DNA from: Eledone cirrhosa
Taxonomy: Eukaryota
Assembly: GCA_964016885.1 (NCBI GenBank)
Contig: OZ024747.1
Coordinates: forward strand, 31,248,001 to 31,312,000
Reading direction: 5' to 3'
DNA length: 64,000 nucleotides
In this document: in pieces, positions 11,821-25,588 of the stretch
Layout: the number at the start of each line of letters is the position of its first letter
Numbering within the stretch: the stretch's first letter is position 1
The notes under the pieces: model-generated
Databases searched by the model: none
Told to the model about the DNA's origin: nothing
The model's input: only the letters and a program-made list of their open reading frames with translations
Program-made: the position numbers and the translations under genes

Positions 11821-12693
11821 GACATATATATATATACAAACATATATATATATATAATATATATATATATATATACATATAAATATATATATATATATAC
11901 ATATACATACATACACACATATACATACATACACAGACACACATATATATATAATACAAATACACACACATATATACATATACATATACACACACACATA
12001 TATATATATATATAATAATAATATATATGCAGTAAGAAACACAGTAAACCGTGTGTCTCATATTACAAGGGTTGAAAAACCACATTTGTTTGAAATATTT
12101 AACCAAGAAGCAGACAGAATGATAAAATAAAATTATATTACATTATACAAACCGCCTCAATAACAATTACATCTCTCGGACAGATTATCCCTAATCTGTT
12201 TCGCCCTGAGTGTGTTTGCAACAGATAATCCATGGGCATCATCAGCGAGAGAATCTGATTAAATGCGACAAACACTATGTACCAACGTTCACACAGAAAG
12301 ATGAATATATCACCTCGTGCGCTGCTAGTCAAACGTGGTAAGCGTGTATTGGATAGAAACAACAGTCCAACACACGCAACTTAATAAGCTCAACTTGTGA
12401 GGGAGCAGAAATATAAATGAAAATTAGACTCTAATTTTCATTTATATATATATATATACATAGAGGCACAATTCAAGTATGTTATACATGTGGAAAAAGC
12501 AGATAGGTAAGAAGTACTAACATAACCACAGTAGAGTGAGGCGGGTGGAGATGGGGGTAGGGTGGTATGGAGGTGGAGGGGATATTTTGTCAAGTGGCTT
12601 TTTTTATCCATCTGGCTTCAACACCACTGGCTTAAGATATTTGAAAGTTGCAACACTTTTGTGCATGCATTATGTGTTTATATATATATATAT

Positions 12694-15156
12694 AACATGG
12701 TGGTGGAACAGTAAAGTGGAGGGGTCAATTAAGGCCAAAAAGCAGGCTTGGAAAGTATGGCGGGATGGGGGAAGTAGGGAAGACTATCAAGTGGCCAGGA
12801 GGGAAGCTAGGAGATAAGTGTACTTCGCAAGAAGGGAAGCAGAGGAAAGAAAGTTCAAGCATGTTCTACAACGTGAGGACCAAAAACGTGAGGTGTTCAG
12901 GATTGCTAGGCAATGCGTCAAGGAAAACCGTGATATTGTCGGGGAGAAGTGTGTACTAAACGATGATGGCACACTTGCCATCACCGACGCTGATAAGAAG
13001 GTAGATTGGAAGTGTCACTATGAAAGGCTACTAAATGAGGAGAATAAATGGGAGAAAGACAGTCTCCCCCATATCGACCCAATAGAGGGACCAGCAGTGT
13101 TAGTCGAGGGGAGTATAATAAGTAAGGCAATCAAGGATATGAAGACGGGTAAGGCGGCTGGGCCTTCGGAAATAGTTGCTGAGATGCTGAAGGCATCTGG
13201 CACGGTGGGACACACCATGGTCACCCGCATAGTTAACCAAGTCGTACAGAATGGGGTTGTTCCGAAGGACTGGCATAGCAGCATCATCGTTAACTGTTAT
13301 AAGGGTAAAGGAGACGCCCTAGATAGGAGTAACTATAGAGGCATTAAATTAATCGACCAGGTCATGAAGGTCACGGAAAAAGTAATAGTGCAACTAATCA
13401 GAGAGAGAATTGACCTAGATGAAATGCAGTTCGGGTTTGTGTCAGGCAAAAGTACCACAGACGCTCTTTTCATAGTACGACAACTACAGGAGAAGTACCT
13501 AGCTAAAGGTAAACCCCTCTACTTAGCTTTTGTCGACTTGGAGAAAGCCTTCGACAGAGTCCCCCGCTCCATTATCTGGTGGGCTCTTAGAAAACTAGGC
13601 GTTGACGAATGGCTTGTGAGGGCTATACAAGCCATGTATAAAGAAACAGTCAGCAAGGTTAGAATTAACAACGAATATAGTGAAGAGTTTAGCGTAAAAG
13701 TTGGCGTCCATCAGGGCTCTGTTCTCAGCCCCCTACTATTTATTATTGCCCTCCAGGCTATAACAGAGGAGTTCAAGACCGGCTGCCCATGGGAACTCCT
13801 ATACGCAGACGACCTGACACTCATAGCGGAATCAATGGCCGAGCTAGAGAAGAAATTCCAAACATGGAAGCACGGCCTAGAGTCAAAATGACGTAAAATT
13901 AACCTGGCTAAGACTAAAGTTCTAGTTTGTAGGAAAGAAAACAAGGCGGCGGTCCCTTCTGGGAAATGGTCGTGCTCGGTGTGTAGGAAAGGCGTAGGTA
14001 GAAACTCCATTTTATGTCCTAAATGCAAAGTATGGGTGCATAAAAGATGTAGTGGGATCACAGGTAAGCTAACTAAGAACATAGATTTTACATGTGGCCG
14101 GTGTTCTGGTGCAATAAGTAGCAGCAAGTGCCCACAAAATACTAGCTCTTTCAATTGCGCAGAGGGTTCTATAGAAATAGTGGACAGCTTCCGTTACCTG
14201 GGCGATAAAATCAGCAGTGGGGGAGGGTGCTCTGAAAGTACAGTAGCTAGAGTCAGAACTGGTTGGAAAAAGTTCAGAGAGCTTATACCATTATTAGCTG
14301 CTAAAGGGTTCTCCCTAAAAATGAAAGGCAGGTTGTACGATGCCTGCATACGAACAGCAATGTTGCATGGCAGTGAGACCTGGGCATTGTGTGCAGAGGA
14401 TATACGCAGACTAAAGAGGAACGAAGCTTGCATGCTCCGCTGGATGTGTAACAGTAATATACGTGAACGGCAAAGCATAAACGAACTAAGGAAAAAATTA
14501 GAGATAAGAGGGATCAGATGTTGTTTACTCGAGAGAAGGCTACGTTGGTATGGACACGTGATGCGCATGAAAGTCGATAGCTGTATAACAAAGTGCAGGG
14601 CAATAAAGATAGACGGTAGCCACGGAATAGGCAGACCTAGAAAAACCTGGGACGAGCTGATAAACTCCGACCTCACACACTTACACCTCTCCAAGACAAT
14701 GTCACTGGACCGAGACCTTTGGCGGTACTCAGTAACAGAGAAGACCCGCCTTACCTAAATATATAGTAAAACCTACTCCAGCCAGTAGGCATCTCTAACA
14801 AAATACACCCCGTCCCACCACCCCCACCCCCACCCCATCCACACCACCCCGTTCTATGTAAAGTTATGTTGGTGCCGCGCCATCCAGGCCGAAACAAATG
14901 AGATCGTGTAGGTGTCACAACAAAAAAACACACAGTCCACGCTGTAATGTGGCCGTGTAGGCAACACGGTAAAAACCTCCCAGACCCACACTGTAAATAT
15001 GGTTGGTGTTAGGAAGGGCATCCAACTGTAGAAAACCTGCCAGACAGTCCTATGCGAGCAAGACAATCACTCTTGCCTCAAGTGGGACTACCCCCGTCCA
15101 AACCCATGCAAGCGTGGAACACGGACGTTAAACGTTGATGATGATGATGATGATGA
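12694..15156 (+). mobile_element. RTE-clade LINE family B, 5'-truncated, one in-frame stop
   Basis: ORFs 12818-13891 and 13979-14758 with FVDLEKAFDRVPR, HQGSVLSPLLF, LLYADDL, RLRWYGHVMRM; ~400-bp 3' UTR ending in (GAT)n. Confidence 0.93.
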
Positions 15157-15171
15157 TATATGCATGCAATA

Positions 15172-15225
<54 letters not shown>

Positions 15226-15463
15226 CTGTTAGTTCTTTCGTTACTTTGGTATTGTGTGTTAGGTTTTGACTACCACAATGTTCAATTTGTCAAGCTTTTT
15301 AAACATATGTTATTACTCTAAGGACCTACTCTTATTGAGTGCTTCGCTAACTCATTTATATTGTTGGTCGATTTTACTAAGCTTCCACTTGTATATATAT
15401 ATATATATAAATTAATAAAAATAATGAATAAAAACAAAGAAACAGTTCCTTATATTAAAAAAT

Positions 15464-15600
15464 TCATCATCTTACGATCGTTTCTAGCATATATATGTTT
15501 GTGTTGGTATGTATATCATATAGATCTATGTAAAATGTTTACAAACTATCAGAGGGAATATACATACCTACACATATATATGATGTCTTCAGAAATAATA
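15464..15600 (-). ncRNA. Hammerhead motif H2 with ~100-nt stem II
   Basis: Reverse complement: tattattt CTGAAGA [101-nt hairpin] GAAA cgatcg TA agatgatg; homologous to 29436-29577. Confidence 0.6.
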
Positions 15601-15807
15601 TATATATATGTGTGTGTGTGTGTGCATATATAGGTATATGTGTTTGTATGTATGTATATATGTATATATTGTGTGTGTGTGTATTTATATGTATGTATCT
15701 GTGTTTATATATTTGGATATGTATGTATGTGTATATGTGTGTATGTATGTATGTATATTTGTGTATATATATATATATATGTGTGTGTGTGTATATGTAT
15801 GTATATG

Positions 15808-15841
<34 letters not shown>

Positions 15842-15895
15842 CATGTGCTTGTGTGTGTATATATATATATATATATGTGTGTGTGTATGTGTATG

Positions 15896-15953
<58 letters not shown>

Positions 15954-16083
15954 TGTGTGTGTGTGTCTGTATATATACACAGACACATATATGTATATAT
16001 ATATATATGTGTATGTGTATATATGTGTATATATGAGTATATGTATGTGTGTATATGTATGTGTGTGTAAATGTATGTGTGTG

Positions 16084-16112
<29 letters not shown>
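15601..16112. repeat. Compound (TA)n/(TG)n microsatellite, representative of dozens in the window
   Basis: Direct inspection. Confidence 0.95.
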
Positions 16113-16114
<2 letters not shown>

Positions 16115-16797
16115 TTTAATTGCAGGGTATCTATATAAGTTAATAACTCTATATTTTATTTGTATTCCGGCTCCTTATCCGTTGAGCTTATAAAAATGAG
16201 TGTAAATAGGCTATTATTTCTAACATAACCACTCGCACCACATATGACTTTCAACGCACGAGGTGTAAACTTTAGTGAGTTTATTGTTTTAGGTGTTGTG
16301 TAACATTTAATCTTATCTCTCGCTGACAAAATGCCTACGGATTACTTGTTACAAACACGATTCATTAAAGATTAAATCTTTACTCTGTCCAGGAGATGAA
16401 ATGGTCATTGATATGGTATGCATGAGAAATCTTGTAACATCCCATATGATTCAGGTTGAATGATATATAACATTTGTGGTGTAATCTACCCTCGTAATTT
16501 TAGACATGGGTTTACTGTGTTTACTTTTACACATATTAATATTATAATGCTCAGTATTTATACTTTCAGCTTGTTAATTGCAGAGTATCTATATGAGTTA
16601 ATAACTCTATATTTTATTTATATATATTTATATATGTATATATGTATATCTATAAATGTACATATGTATTATATGTGTGTATGTATATATATATATATAT
16701 ATGTATTGAAATTTCAGTTAGAAACAGAAAAGGTCATAGAAATGAAGAGTGCTCTATGTCAGTATCAGAGCAAAATTTAATGTATAAAATCAATACA

Positions 16798-16883
16798 ATA
16801 TTATTACCTCATTACCAGAGGTTTCCCGAATGAGGCGAATACGAAATAAACGACTTCATTCGTTCGTCAGACGAGGCAATATA
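16798..16883 (-). ncRNA. Hammerhead motif H3 in the PLE 3' pLTR
   Basis: Reverse complement: CTGACGA a cgaatga..tcattcg g GAAA cctc tggtaat gagg TA; bulged stem I atattg/taatat. Confidence 0.65.
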
Positions 16884-17676
16884 AAACATGGGCAAATACT
16901 TAGAAAAACACATCAAGAAAATCAAAAAAAATATATAGATAAATGAAATAGAAATTGAAATATATAAAAATCTATCAAGAAAAATAGTTAGGTGTGTGTA
17001 TGTGTATGTATATACGCTCATAGATGTGCATATATGTATATGTGCACGTGTAAATGTATGGTTAGAAAGTGTGCGTAATTATAAAAATTTAGGGCAAATG
17101 TATCTATATGTCTGTATTATGCAGACGGAAATGGTTACTTCGTAAAAATAAGAAAATAAAGTCACGCGCATAAAAACGCCTGGACACTCGTACGCTTAGA
17201 TGCGGAAAGAAAGGAGATGAAGAGAGTATAATAAATAAAAGAAAAGTATCTATTACGATATATTTATAAAAATATAGTAACGATAAATTAGAAAGACAAG
17301 ATAGAAAGAAAAAATTAAAGAAAACAAAAAAAGCGGGAGTACATACATACACAGACACGCGTGTCTCACAAAAGAAATGTAAAAATAATTATGCTTATAT
17401 ACACACGCGCGCTTACACTTCCATACGTTCGATACGTACATACACACACACACACACATACTTATACTCGCGCATATAAACCTGTTTGCATGCCCATGTA
17501 TGAAACTGGGTAAGTAACAAAAGAGGGAAGGGTGGGGGGGGGGGGGGAAAGAAAAAAGAAACAAAAAAATATAAAACCGAAATGTCAAAAACACGGATAT
17601 AAAGACACTTACACATACGCATAATATACACACACGCACACACACAAACACCAGTACACACACGCATACATACACG

Positions 17677-17733
<57 letters not shown>

Positions 17734-18124
17734 ATGCACGCGCGCGCACATACGTAGTCACTCATGTACATATATAAAAAAAAGTATACACACATTAAGG
17801 CGTTAAGCCATATTGAAATGTGGATAAATAAATACAAATATAAAATTGTAAGATAGGCTGCGCAAAAATAAAATAAAAATAAAAATGAAAAATATATCTG
17901 GATTGAAAAACACAAAAGACATGTATAATCAGTTAGTAGAGGAAAAAGGGAAGTAAAAGAAGGGGAAGTAAAAAATAGAAAATAGGAAGTGGATCGGAGA
18001 ATAAAGGGGGGGGGGGGTAAAAATAAATAAAAAAATAAATAAAAGTGAAAATAAATGAAATTATCGACAAGGATAAGAATGAAAGTAAGTCAGAAAGGGT
18101 AATTAAAAAGAGAATAATCAGAGT

Positions 18125-19770
18125 TTATGGAGGATAAGTGTCTGAAAGTGTGTTAAGTTTATATGAGCTGGAAAGCAGGTGTGATTTCATGTGTGGGCAA
18201 CTGGTAAAAATTTCCGTCTTTGTATTCAGGCAGGTCTTTGGTGATTTGAGATTTTGCAATATCCAAAATTTTTCATTTATGCAGAGCGTGCATTTTCTTG
18301 TTCCTCTAGCATATTTTTTAGATTGGTTCAAAATTGACCAATCTAGTTTATATTGGATGCCTTGGTCTTTCAAATCCCAGATTCTGCTAGCCAGAGCTGT
18401 TGTAAATCTTTTTTTCTGGATGTCGAAAGGATGCGACATGTGAGTAATAACGCGTTTTGAATTTGTCTTGCGTCATACCCACATATCGTTCACTGGTGAC
18501 TGGATGGTTGTTGCTGATAGTTGTCACATTAGCCGCATATACAATGGCTTTGGTGTTGCATTTACCTTGTAATGGGCATTCACTTTTGATTCTACAGGAG
18601 CAAGTTTGATTTTCTCTAGGTGATGTTTTGTTGAGGATATAGGACTTAATAGGGGAACCGCAGGAATAGCTAATTTTAACACAGTTTCTGTTAAAGATCT
18701 TATAGTATCTATGTGTTCTAGGGAAATGTTTATCTAGGAGTTCTAGGAATTTTTAGCCTACATTAGTTTTAACTGCTAGAGAGTAGGGGGGTGTGAACCA
18801 GATTATTTTTCTTTTCCTATTTTTATGTTTAATAGAGTTAGTGTAGTTAGGTATGTATTTAATCGGTTCGCTAAAGCCGCTATTTTGGAGGGCTTTATTA
18901 TAGTAGGGGGATGCCTTATTGAAAATAGCTTCTGATGAAGAGAGGGTGGAGATCCTACGGCTAATATTAGGGATAAGGTTTTTAAAAACTATAGGTGGAT
19001 GGCAAGATCCTTTATTTATATATTTTAAGTTTTCATTAGGTTTATGGTATGGTTTATAAGAAGCAGTAGGCAAATCTAAGTTTATATCTAGGAAATCTAC
19101 ATTGGAAAGGTTAGTATCAATAGTAATTTTAAGATTAAAACTAGCAAAGGTTTTTATTAAGTCTTTCCTTAATCTATCTAAGTTATGGCCTATGGTGGTA
19201 TGGGAAAGTATTAGACCATCATCGCGATAAAGCCCAAAAATATGGTTAGGAAATTTTTCTTTAAGTGTATGTAAGAGGAAAAGGCCGACCAGATCACAAA
19301 CCTCGGCACTGTCATAAGAGCCCATTGAGACATCGAATGGGTTCTCTGGGTTAGATATTTTTACCCAAGTGTCATTATCATTAAAAAGTAGAGTGTTCCT
19401 AGCATGCAAGATTACATCCTCTTCAATATCGGAGATATTAGTGAACCCTCTAGCGAAATTTAAAGCTTTCACTAAAAGGGTCTGAGTAATAGATGGGTAG
19501 AAATTTACGATATCGAATTGGGTGAATCTAGAACTGATTTTGTTTTTAATATTATTAAACCAATGTACTACGGAAGAGCTATTTATCCATTGGAGTAATT
19601 TAGACTTACTTCTAATGTGTGTATTTAATTTATTTAAAATTTTTTTACTGGCAAGACCAATATCAGTCTTAGCAGGGTTGATTAATCTACAACTAGGGCG
19701 ATTAATAAAGTCGGGTTTATGATCTTTAAGGGTGATATACGCAGAACGTTTAGCAAGTTTTTCTGTCCGG
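18125..19770 (-). pseudogene. PLE RT + GIY-YIG endonuclease remnant
   Basis: ORFs 18753-19472 and 18125-18439, separated by a TAA stop and a frameshift. Confidence 0.88.
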
Positions 19771-19793
19771 ACAGAAATTTTTGCCCATGTTTT

Positions 19794-19878
19794 ATATTGC
19801 CTCGTCTGACGAACGAATGAAGTCGTTTATTTTGTATTCGCCTCATTCGGGAAACCTCTAGTAATGAGGTAATAATAT
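19794..19878 (+). ncRNA. Hammerhead motif H3 in the inverted pLTR copy
   Basis: CTGACGA 19806-19812, GAAAC 19851-19855, GTA 19869-19871. Confidence 0.65.
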
Positions 19879-19920
19879 TGTATTGATTTTATACATTATA
19901 TATATATATATATATATAAG

Positions 19921-20275
19921 TATAAGAGTGTGTGTTTTTGCGAGTGCGGGCTTTATATGTATGTGTGTGTGAATGTGCTTGTAGACACCTGACCAAAGGC
20001 ATTGTTAGCTTAAGTGAACCTTAATAATCAGGAGTGACACCTGAAAGTGAACCTCTCTATAGAATTCTTTCTACCTTTGTTATTCTAAATATAGTTTTTA
20101 AAGAATTCCCTCTTCTTTAAACCCATCAACCAATGACATCCACCCATCCCAATCACGACCCTCGCCTACCACCAGAAATGATATAAATACCACCATATTA
20201 CTTGGACAGCTGCTTCCTGATGATTTCTCCTGAATGAAACAGTTCTAGTCCTGTAGAACCCTTTCTATATTAAAT
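19921..20275 (+). repeat. pLTR-like repeat H1, second copy
   Basis: Inverted homologue of 7590-7950. Confidence 0.75.
20211..20261 (+). ncRNA. Type I hammerhead motif H1, canonical core
   Basis: tgcttc CTGATGA tttctcctgaat GAAA cag ttctagtc ctg TA gaaccc. Confidence 0.7.
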
Positions 20276-20289
20276 ATATATATATATAT

Positions 20290-21105
20290 TCCTTTAATTC
20301 CCCCTACTGTTGGTCTATTCTGTCTCCTATGTTTCGAGCTGTTTGTCGGGGGAATTAAAAGGACAGAAAAATAGTTCAGTATTATACAAACACGCCAGAC
20401 AAAAACATGATGGTAACATAGACAACATAGGCATTAAAATAATATCTAAACATAGAAATGACCCAACAGGTAGGCAAATGAGAGAAGCGAGTGAAATAGA
20501 GCTTAGAAAACCAAAGTTAAACAGAAATAATGAATGGAATAACAACAACAACAACCATACCCAAACAAACAATACTGACTTTAGAGAAATATAAATAAAT
20601 AAATAAATAAATAAATATATACACAAGAACAATAACAACAAACACATAAACACACACACTAGTGAACAAAGATAGAATACAAAAACCACAAAAAATCCCA
20701 AAAAACAAAAAAACAAAAACACATGCACCCAAACGCGAACACACACCAAACACTATACACACATGCAAACGCATGTGCAGAGACAGAGACAAAAATAAAT
20801 AAGTAAATAAATAAATTTAATAAAAATGCTGTGAACATTACAATACAACACAATAGGAGGAAACACGATAATAGTACCACTGATGATGCTGCAGATGTGC
20901 AACGAAAGAACTTTGTATAACTATATATATTTATATATGTATTTTTAACTATTGGTCAGTCAAATATGAACATTGATTGCCAAATAAATTAACTATGGAG
21001 ATATAAAAGATACAGAAGTGAAAAACCAACCAAACAGTGAGTGTGATCTGTTATTATTTCTGGCAATATTATTACAACAACATGACCCTCCCCAAGTATA
21101 ACAAT
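20290..21105 (+). mobile_element. 3' fragment of a PLE related to the 902-aa family, with pLTR and HHR
   Basis: SSVLYKHARQKH..RQMREASEIELRKPKLNRNNEW matches the C-terminus of 30725-33433; HHR CTGATGA..GAAA at ~20871-20924; shared end caacatgaccctccc. Confidence 0.8.
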
Positions 21106-21149
21106 ATATATACATATACATTCATATATATACACACACACAGAAACAC

Positions 21150-21180
<31 letters not shown>

Positions 21181-21241
21181 TATATATATACATATTCTTT
21201 CACGCTAGCAGGTTGTCTTGTTGTATATATATATATATATA

Positions 21242-21641
21242 TCATCATCATCATCATCATCATTTTACGTCCGCTTTTCCCTGCTTGCAAGGGTGGGACG
21301 GGTCTTATTCAGCACAGCATCTCTCCACTCGTCACGGTCCTTCGTCATCTCCACCGTGAGCTTCAATGATCTGAGGTCTGTTCTCACCATCTCCGCCCAT
21401 GTTTTTCGTGGTCTACCTCTACCACGTCTTCCTTCAACTGGCATTCCCTGGCACTTCTTCACCCATCGGTCATCCTCCATGCGCATCACATGTCCATACC
21501 ACCTCAGTCTCCTCTCCCGTACACTACATTCTATCCCTCTCAGACAGTTTCTCTCTCAACACATTTATGCTGGGTCGTTCACGCACATTTACACTGCACA
21601 TCCAACGGAGCATGCTTGCCTCATTTCTCTCCAGCCGTCGC
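21242..21641 (-). mobile_element. RTE family A 3' fragment
   Basis: Homologous to 10315-10715 ([23 protein letters not shown]). Confidence 0.9.
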
Positions 21642-22212
21642 ATATATATATATATATATATATACATTTATATATATATATATATATAAATGTCTTGGAT
21701 ATATATATATATGACATTTAACAATGTATTCTTACATGGGATGTTTACAACTGGAATATCTCTTATCATGGAATCTGCATGATCAGGGATTACTTGGGAG
21801 ATAAATAACAACCCTTTCATCATCATCATCATCATAATAATCCATCATCATCATTGTTTTTGCTTTACCATTTCTAAGGATTAAATGGGATTAGCAAAAA
21901 TATTTTTTTCTTCTAATTTTAAAATCTGACATCAATATTTTTTTCTTCTAGCCTAGGTGAGATTTTATTTGTTTGTTTTTTTTTGGCAACTTTAGGAATT
22001 TGCATATATCTGGATCAATAGTAGGAACAACTGAGTGTATCTTCCTACCAACTAAATTACCAGATTGTAATGAAATGTGTTTCCATTTATGGAAACTGAA
22101 ACAAACACTATTATGTACCTTTCCCAAGGACACAACACAATGAATGTAGTAATTTTTGGAGTGGTCAGTCTTCTACTGAAAATAACTGCACAAGTATTGA
22201 ATTATTGTGATG

Positions 22213-22253
<41 letters not shown>

Positions 22254-22494
22254 CCACACACTCACATATAGATATATATGTTAATTGACTATATAAAAAT
22301 ATATATATGAAAATTTTTCAAGAAAGGACACAATACATGAGTTCAGTAAAGTGTAAATCATGGCCAAATTGAGGCCTGTTTGGCTTTTCTGAATGTGTTT
22401 TAGTAGTGTGGCCTGTCTTATGATAAACCATATCCCATGCTGCATACTGCTAAAAAAATACTACCCATGCCAGGTAACTCACATAGAAAAATTA

Positions 22495-22950
22495 TGGTTT
22501 CTGATTTAGGTACATTTTTGAGGGAGGAGAAAGTCAATTAAATTGAACCCAGAGCATTACTGGAACTTTATTTGATCGACCCCGTTAGGATGAAAGGCAA
22601 AGCTAACTTTGGCTGTATTTGAAATCAGAAGAAAGGAAGGTAACTATATGCCACAAAGCATGTTGTCCTACAGTCTACTGATAGTGCCAGTAAATCATAA
22701 TCATCACCATTTTTATGTCCGCTTTTCCATGATTGCATGGGTTGCATTGATAATGTTTTCTGATTTAGGTACAAGGCCAACAATTTTGGGGAGAGGGGAA
22801 AGTCGATTAATGGTAGTTTATTTTATCGACTCTGTAAGGATGAAAGGCAAAGCTAACCTTGGTAGAATTTGAAATCAGAATGTAAAGGGACTTAACTACA
22901 TGCCACAAAACATTTTGCCTGATGTTCTTCCAATTACTGCCAATCCACTG
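22495..22950 (-). mobile_element. Two diverged SINE family 1 copies (22495-22690, 22753-22950)
   Basis: ggatgaaaggcaaagctaac core and B-box remnant. Confidence 0.7.
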
Positions 22951-23244
22951 CTCATAGAAAATAACAATACATCTTCCACTTATTCCTAGAAGGTAGACAT
23001 AACAAAATTCATTGACACACTCAAATTCAAAATGTTTTGTCTTATACAATGGTATCAATAGAACTAGATGGAGTATTTCCACCATATATAAACAGAGTAT
23101 ACATTCAGAAAAAGTACACTAGGTGCAATTTATAGATAAAACCATTTTCTCAAGACACAAATGAAAATACATCTAATTCTAGTTTATCTAATGGAGAGAA
23201 TGCAACTCCGCAGCGCCCTTATTATCATATATATATATATATAT

Positions 23245-23435
23245 AATTGTTTCTACTTTTGGCACAAGCCCTGCAATTATCCCAGTGCATTACTGGTCCT
23301 TTATTTTATCAACCCCGTAAGGATGAAAGGCAAAGTTAACCTCAGTGGGATTTGAACTCAGACCATAAAAGGGCATAACTATGCTACAAAGCATGGCGTC
23401 TGACCCTTCTACCAATACTGCCAACCCACTGCCCT
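23245..23435 (-). mobile_element. SINE family 1
   Basis: Homologous to 2626-2812. Confidence 0.85.
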
Positions 23436-23468
23436 TGGATATATAATAAGTTGATGGGATTAGTATAA

Positions 23469-23541
23469 GGTTCCAGAAGATCCCGTTAAGGGTGAAAGCA
23501 GCGATTCTTTGCTTAAACTTTAATCTGTTATTTTAATAAAT
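23469..23541 (+). ncRNA. Hammerhead-like motif H4 (CAGAAGA core), solo fragment
   Basis: CAGAAGA tcccgttaagggt GAAA gca gcgattctt tgc TT aaact. Confidence 0.45.
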
Positions 23542-23555
23542 ATATATATATATAC

Positions 23556-24410
23556 AGTGTGCAGAATCTTGTTTACATAGCAACAACATTGTGATGTCAC
23601 AGTGTAGCAAGATTTTGAGATTGCCATTAGAAAGTACCACACCTCAGTAGCTGTCTGGTCATTGACACATGAGGTGCTTAGTAATCAACATGTCTTCAAA
23701 ACATGCTCATTGAGCTGCTGCTGTGGAGAGCCTTTGTGCCAGTCACAAACCCAAGAAAATCATTGAATGGTTTAAACACCCTAAAATCATGGTCTATGAC
23801 CTTGCAAAATCATATGTGGTCTCAGACAACAAGGACAATTTCAGGCCAGAATGCAAGATTTATAAGGAACACTCTGGCGCCACCAGGACACCTGAGTTCA
23901 TCTGCAAAGGCTTCTGCCTCGGTGCCAATGGCTACATAAGGCTTCTGGATGAGCATATCAAGCCCTGAATGGACAGGGTGGCTAATGGGAGACCCTACAT
24001 TTTTCAACAAGACCACAAAGCCATGCTCTTCACCAACGAACCATACCACTGGTTGCCCGACTTATGGCCACCCTCATTGCCAGACTGTAATCATCTCGAT
24101 AATTTTGTGAGGTGTATCTTGGTGAGGGTGGTTAAAAGCAGGCCCTAAAAAACCAAAGAGGCTCTCAGGGCAGCCATCAGGGATGACATGGCCAACATGG
24201 CAGGGAAACTATTGCCAAGATCAGCTCCAGCTTCTGGTCCCACCTGGAGAAAGTGGAGGTTGCCGATTGGATGATTTTTTTTTTGTACTTTACATATGTG
24301 TCTAACTGTGTTTAAAATTGCATTGACATATATTAATTTGATATATGAAAAAAAAACATTGTTTTTATTATCCATTAATTTTTTTAAAGATTTATCTGCT
24401 CCACACACAC
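23556..24410 (+). mobile_element. Tc1/mariner-superfamily DNA transposon remnant
   Basis: Decayed transposase motifs ANGRPYIFQQD and WPPSLPDCNHLD (cf. WPPxSPDLNPLD); eroded TIRs cagtgtgcagaatctt / aagatttatctgctccacac; starts after TA. Confidence 0.65.
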
Positions 24411-24429
24411 AATATGTACTTATACATAT

Positions 24430-24514
<85 letters not shown>

Positions 24515-24561
24515 CATAGACACACACAATGTAAATGACAATCAAAGTGTGTTTAAAACAA

Positions 24562-24610
24562 TCACTTACAATTGTTTCATCCCAGCACAAGGCCGGATTC
24601 ATCGGAGTAG
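24562..24610 (-). ncRNA. Hammerhead-like motif H5 (CCGAUGA core)
   Basis: Reverse complement: ctact CCGATGA atccggc cttgt gctgggat GAAA caattg TA agtga. Confidence 0.55.
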
Positions 24611-25539
24611 ATAGTAAAGGTCAAACACAAATATAATATCAAAACTTTGTCACAAGAACATTAGGAGGATATATAACATGGGAGGCTAGATAAGCATAAG
24701 TATCAACATTTATATAAGATAACAGAGGCAGAAGAAGAAAATAAATGCAGTAAAAATTAGGAGCAGATAAAAGCATTAAAAATAAAAGATTAAAAAATTA
24801 TAAAACATGCTGCTACAGAAAAGTTAAGTACAGTGAAAAACATATATCCTAAGTAGTTAAAAAAAGTAATAAAGTTAATAAGAAAAGGCATGCAATTTAA
24901 ATATAAATTTTAAAATATATCTCCAAAAATATTTTTAATAAGGCATTTAAAAATATTTGACTCTGTAATTCAGTGATGATAATCATTATTTTTCAAACCG
25001 TCCAAAGGAGTAAATAGAATCATCAAAGTAAAAAATCAAATAAAGATTGAAGTGTTATCAAGACACATCATCCAAAAGTACCACATAGTACATTGATAAT
25101 TCTATTTACTCCTTTCGACGGTTTGAAAAATAATGATTATCATGACTGAACTTTAACATAGTTGATTAACATAGTTGAACTTTTTTAAATGCATTATTAA
25201 AAATATTTTTGGAGATATATTTTTAAATTTATATTATTAAATTTATATTTGAATTGCATGCTTTCTCTTATTAACTTTATTACTTTTTTTAACTACTTAG
25301 GATATATGTTTTTCACTGTACTTAACTTTTCTGTAGCAGCATGTTCTATAATCTTTGAATTTTTTATTTTTAATGCTTTTATCTGCTCCTAATTTTTACT
25401 GCATTTATATGCTTCTTCTGCCTCTGTAATCTTATATAAATGATGATACTTATGCTTATCTAGCCTCCCATATTATATATCCTCCTAATGTTCTTATGAC
25501 AAACTTCTGATATTATATTTTTGGTTCAACCTTTATTAT

Positions 25540-25588
25540 CTACTCCGATGAACTCGGCCTTGTGCTGGGATGAAACAATCGTAAGTGA
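25540..25588 (+). ncRNA. Hammerhead-like motif H5, second arm
   Basis: ctact CCGATGA actcggc cttgt gctgggat GAAA caatcg TA agtga. Confidence 0.5.

Larger units (their letters stand above)
16778..19898 (-). mobile_element. Penelope-like element (Naiad-like), 5'-truncated, with 3' pLTR and inverted 5' pLTR copy
   Basis: RT motifs FDIVNFYPSI, MGSYDSAEVCDLVG, GLYRDDGL; linker CSCRIKSECPLQGKC; GIY-YIG IVY..YVG, CTLCINEK, CPH. 120-bp inverted repeat 16778-16896 / 19780-19898. Confidence 0.9.

Noticed and set aside
16778-19898. TIR DNA transposon interpretation of the inverted termini
   Set aside because: The interior encodes RT and GIY-YIG, and the termini are pLTR sequence with an HHR
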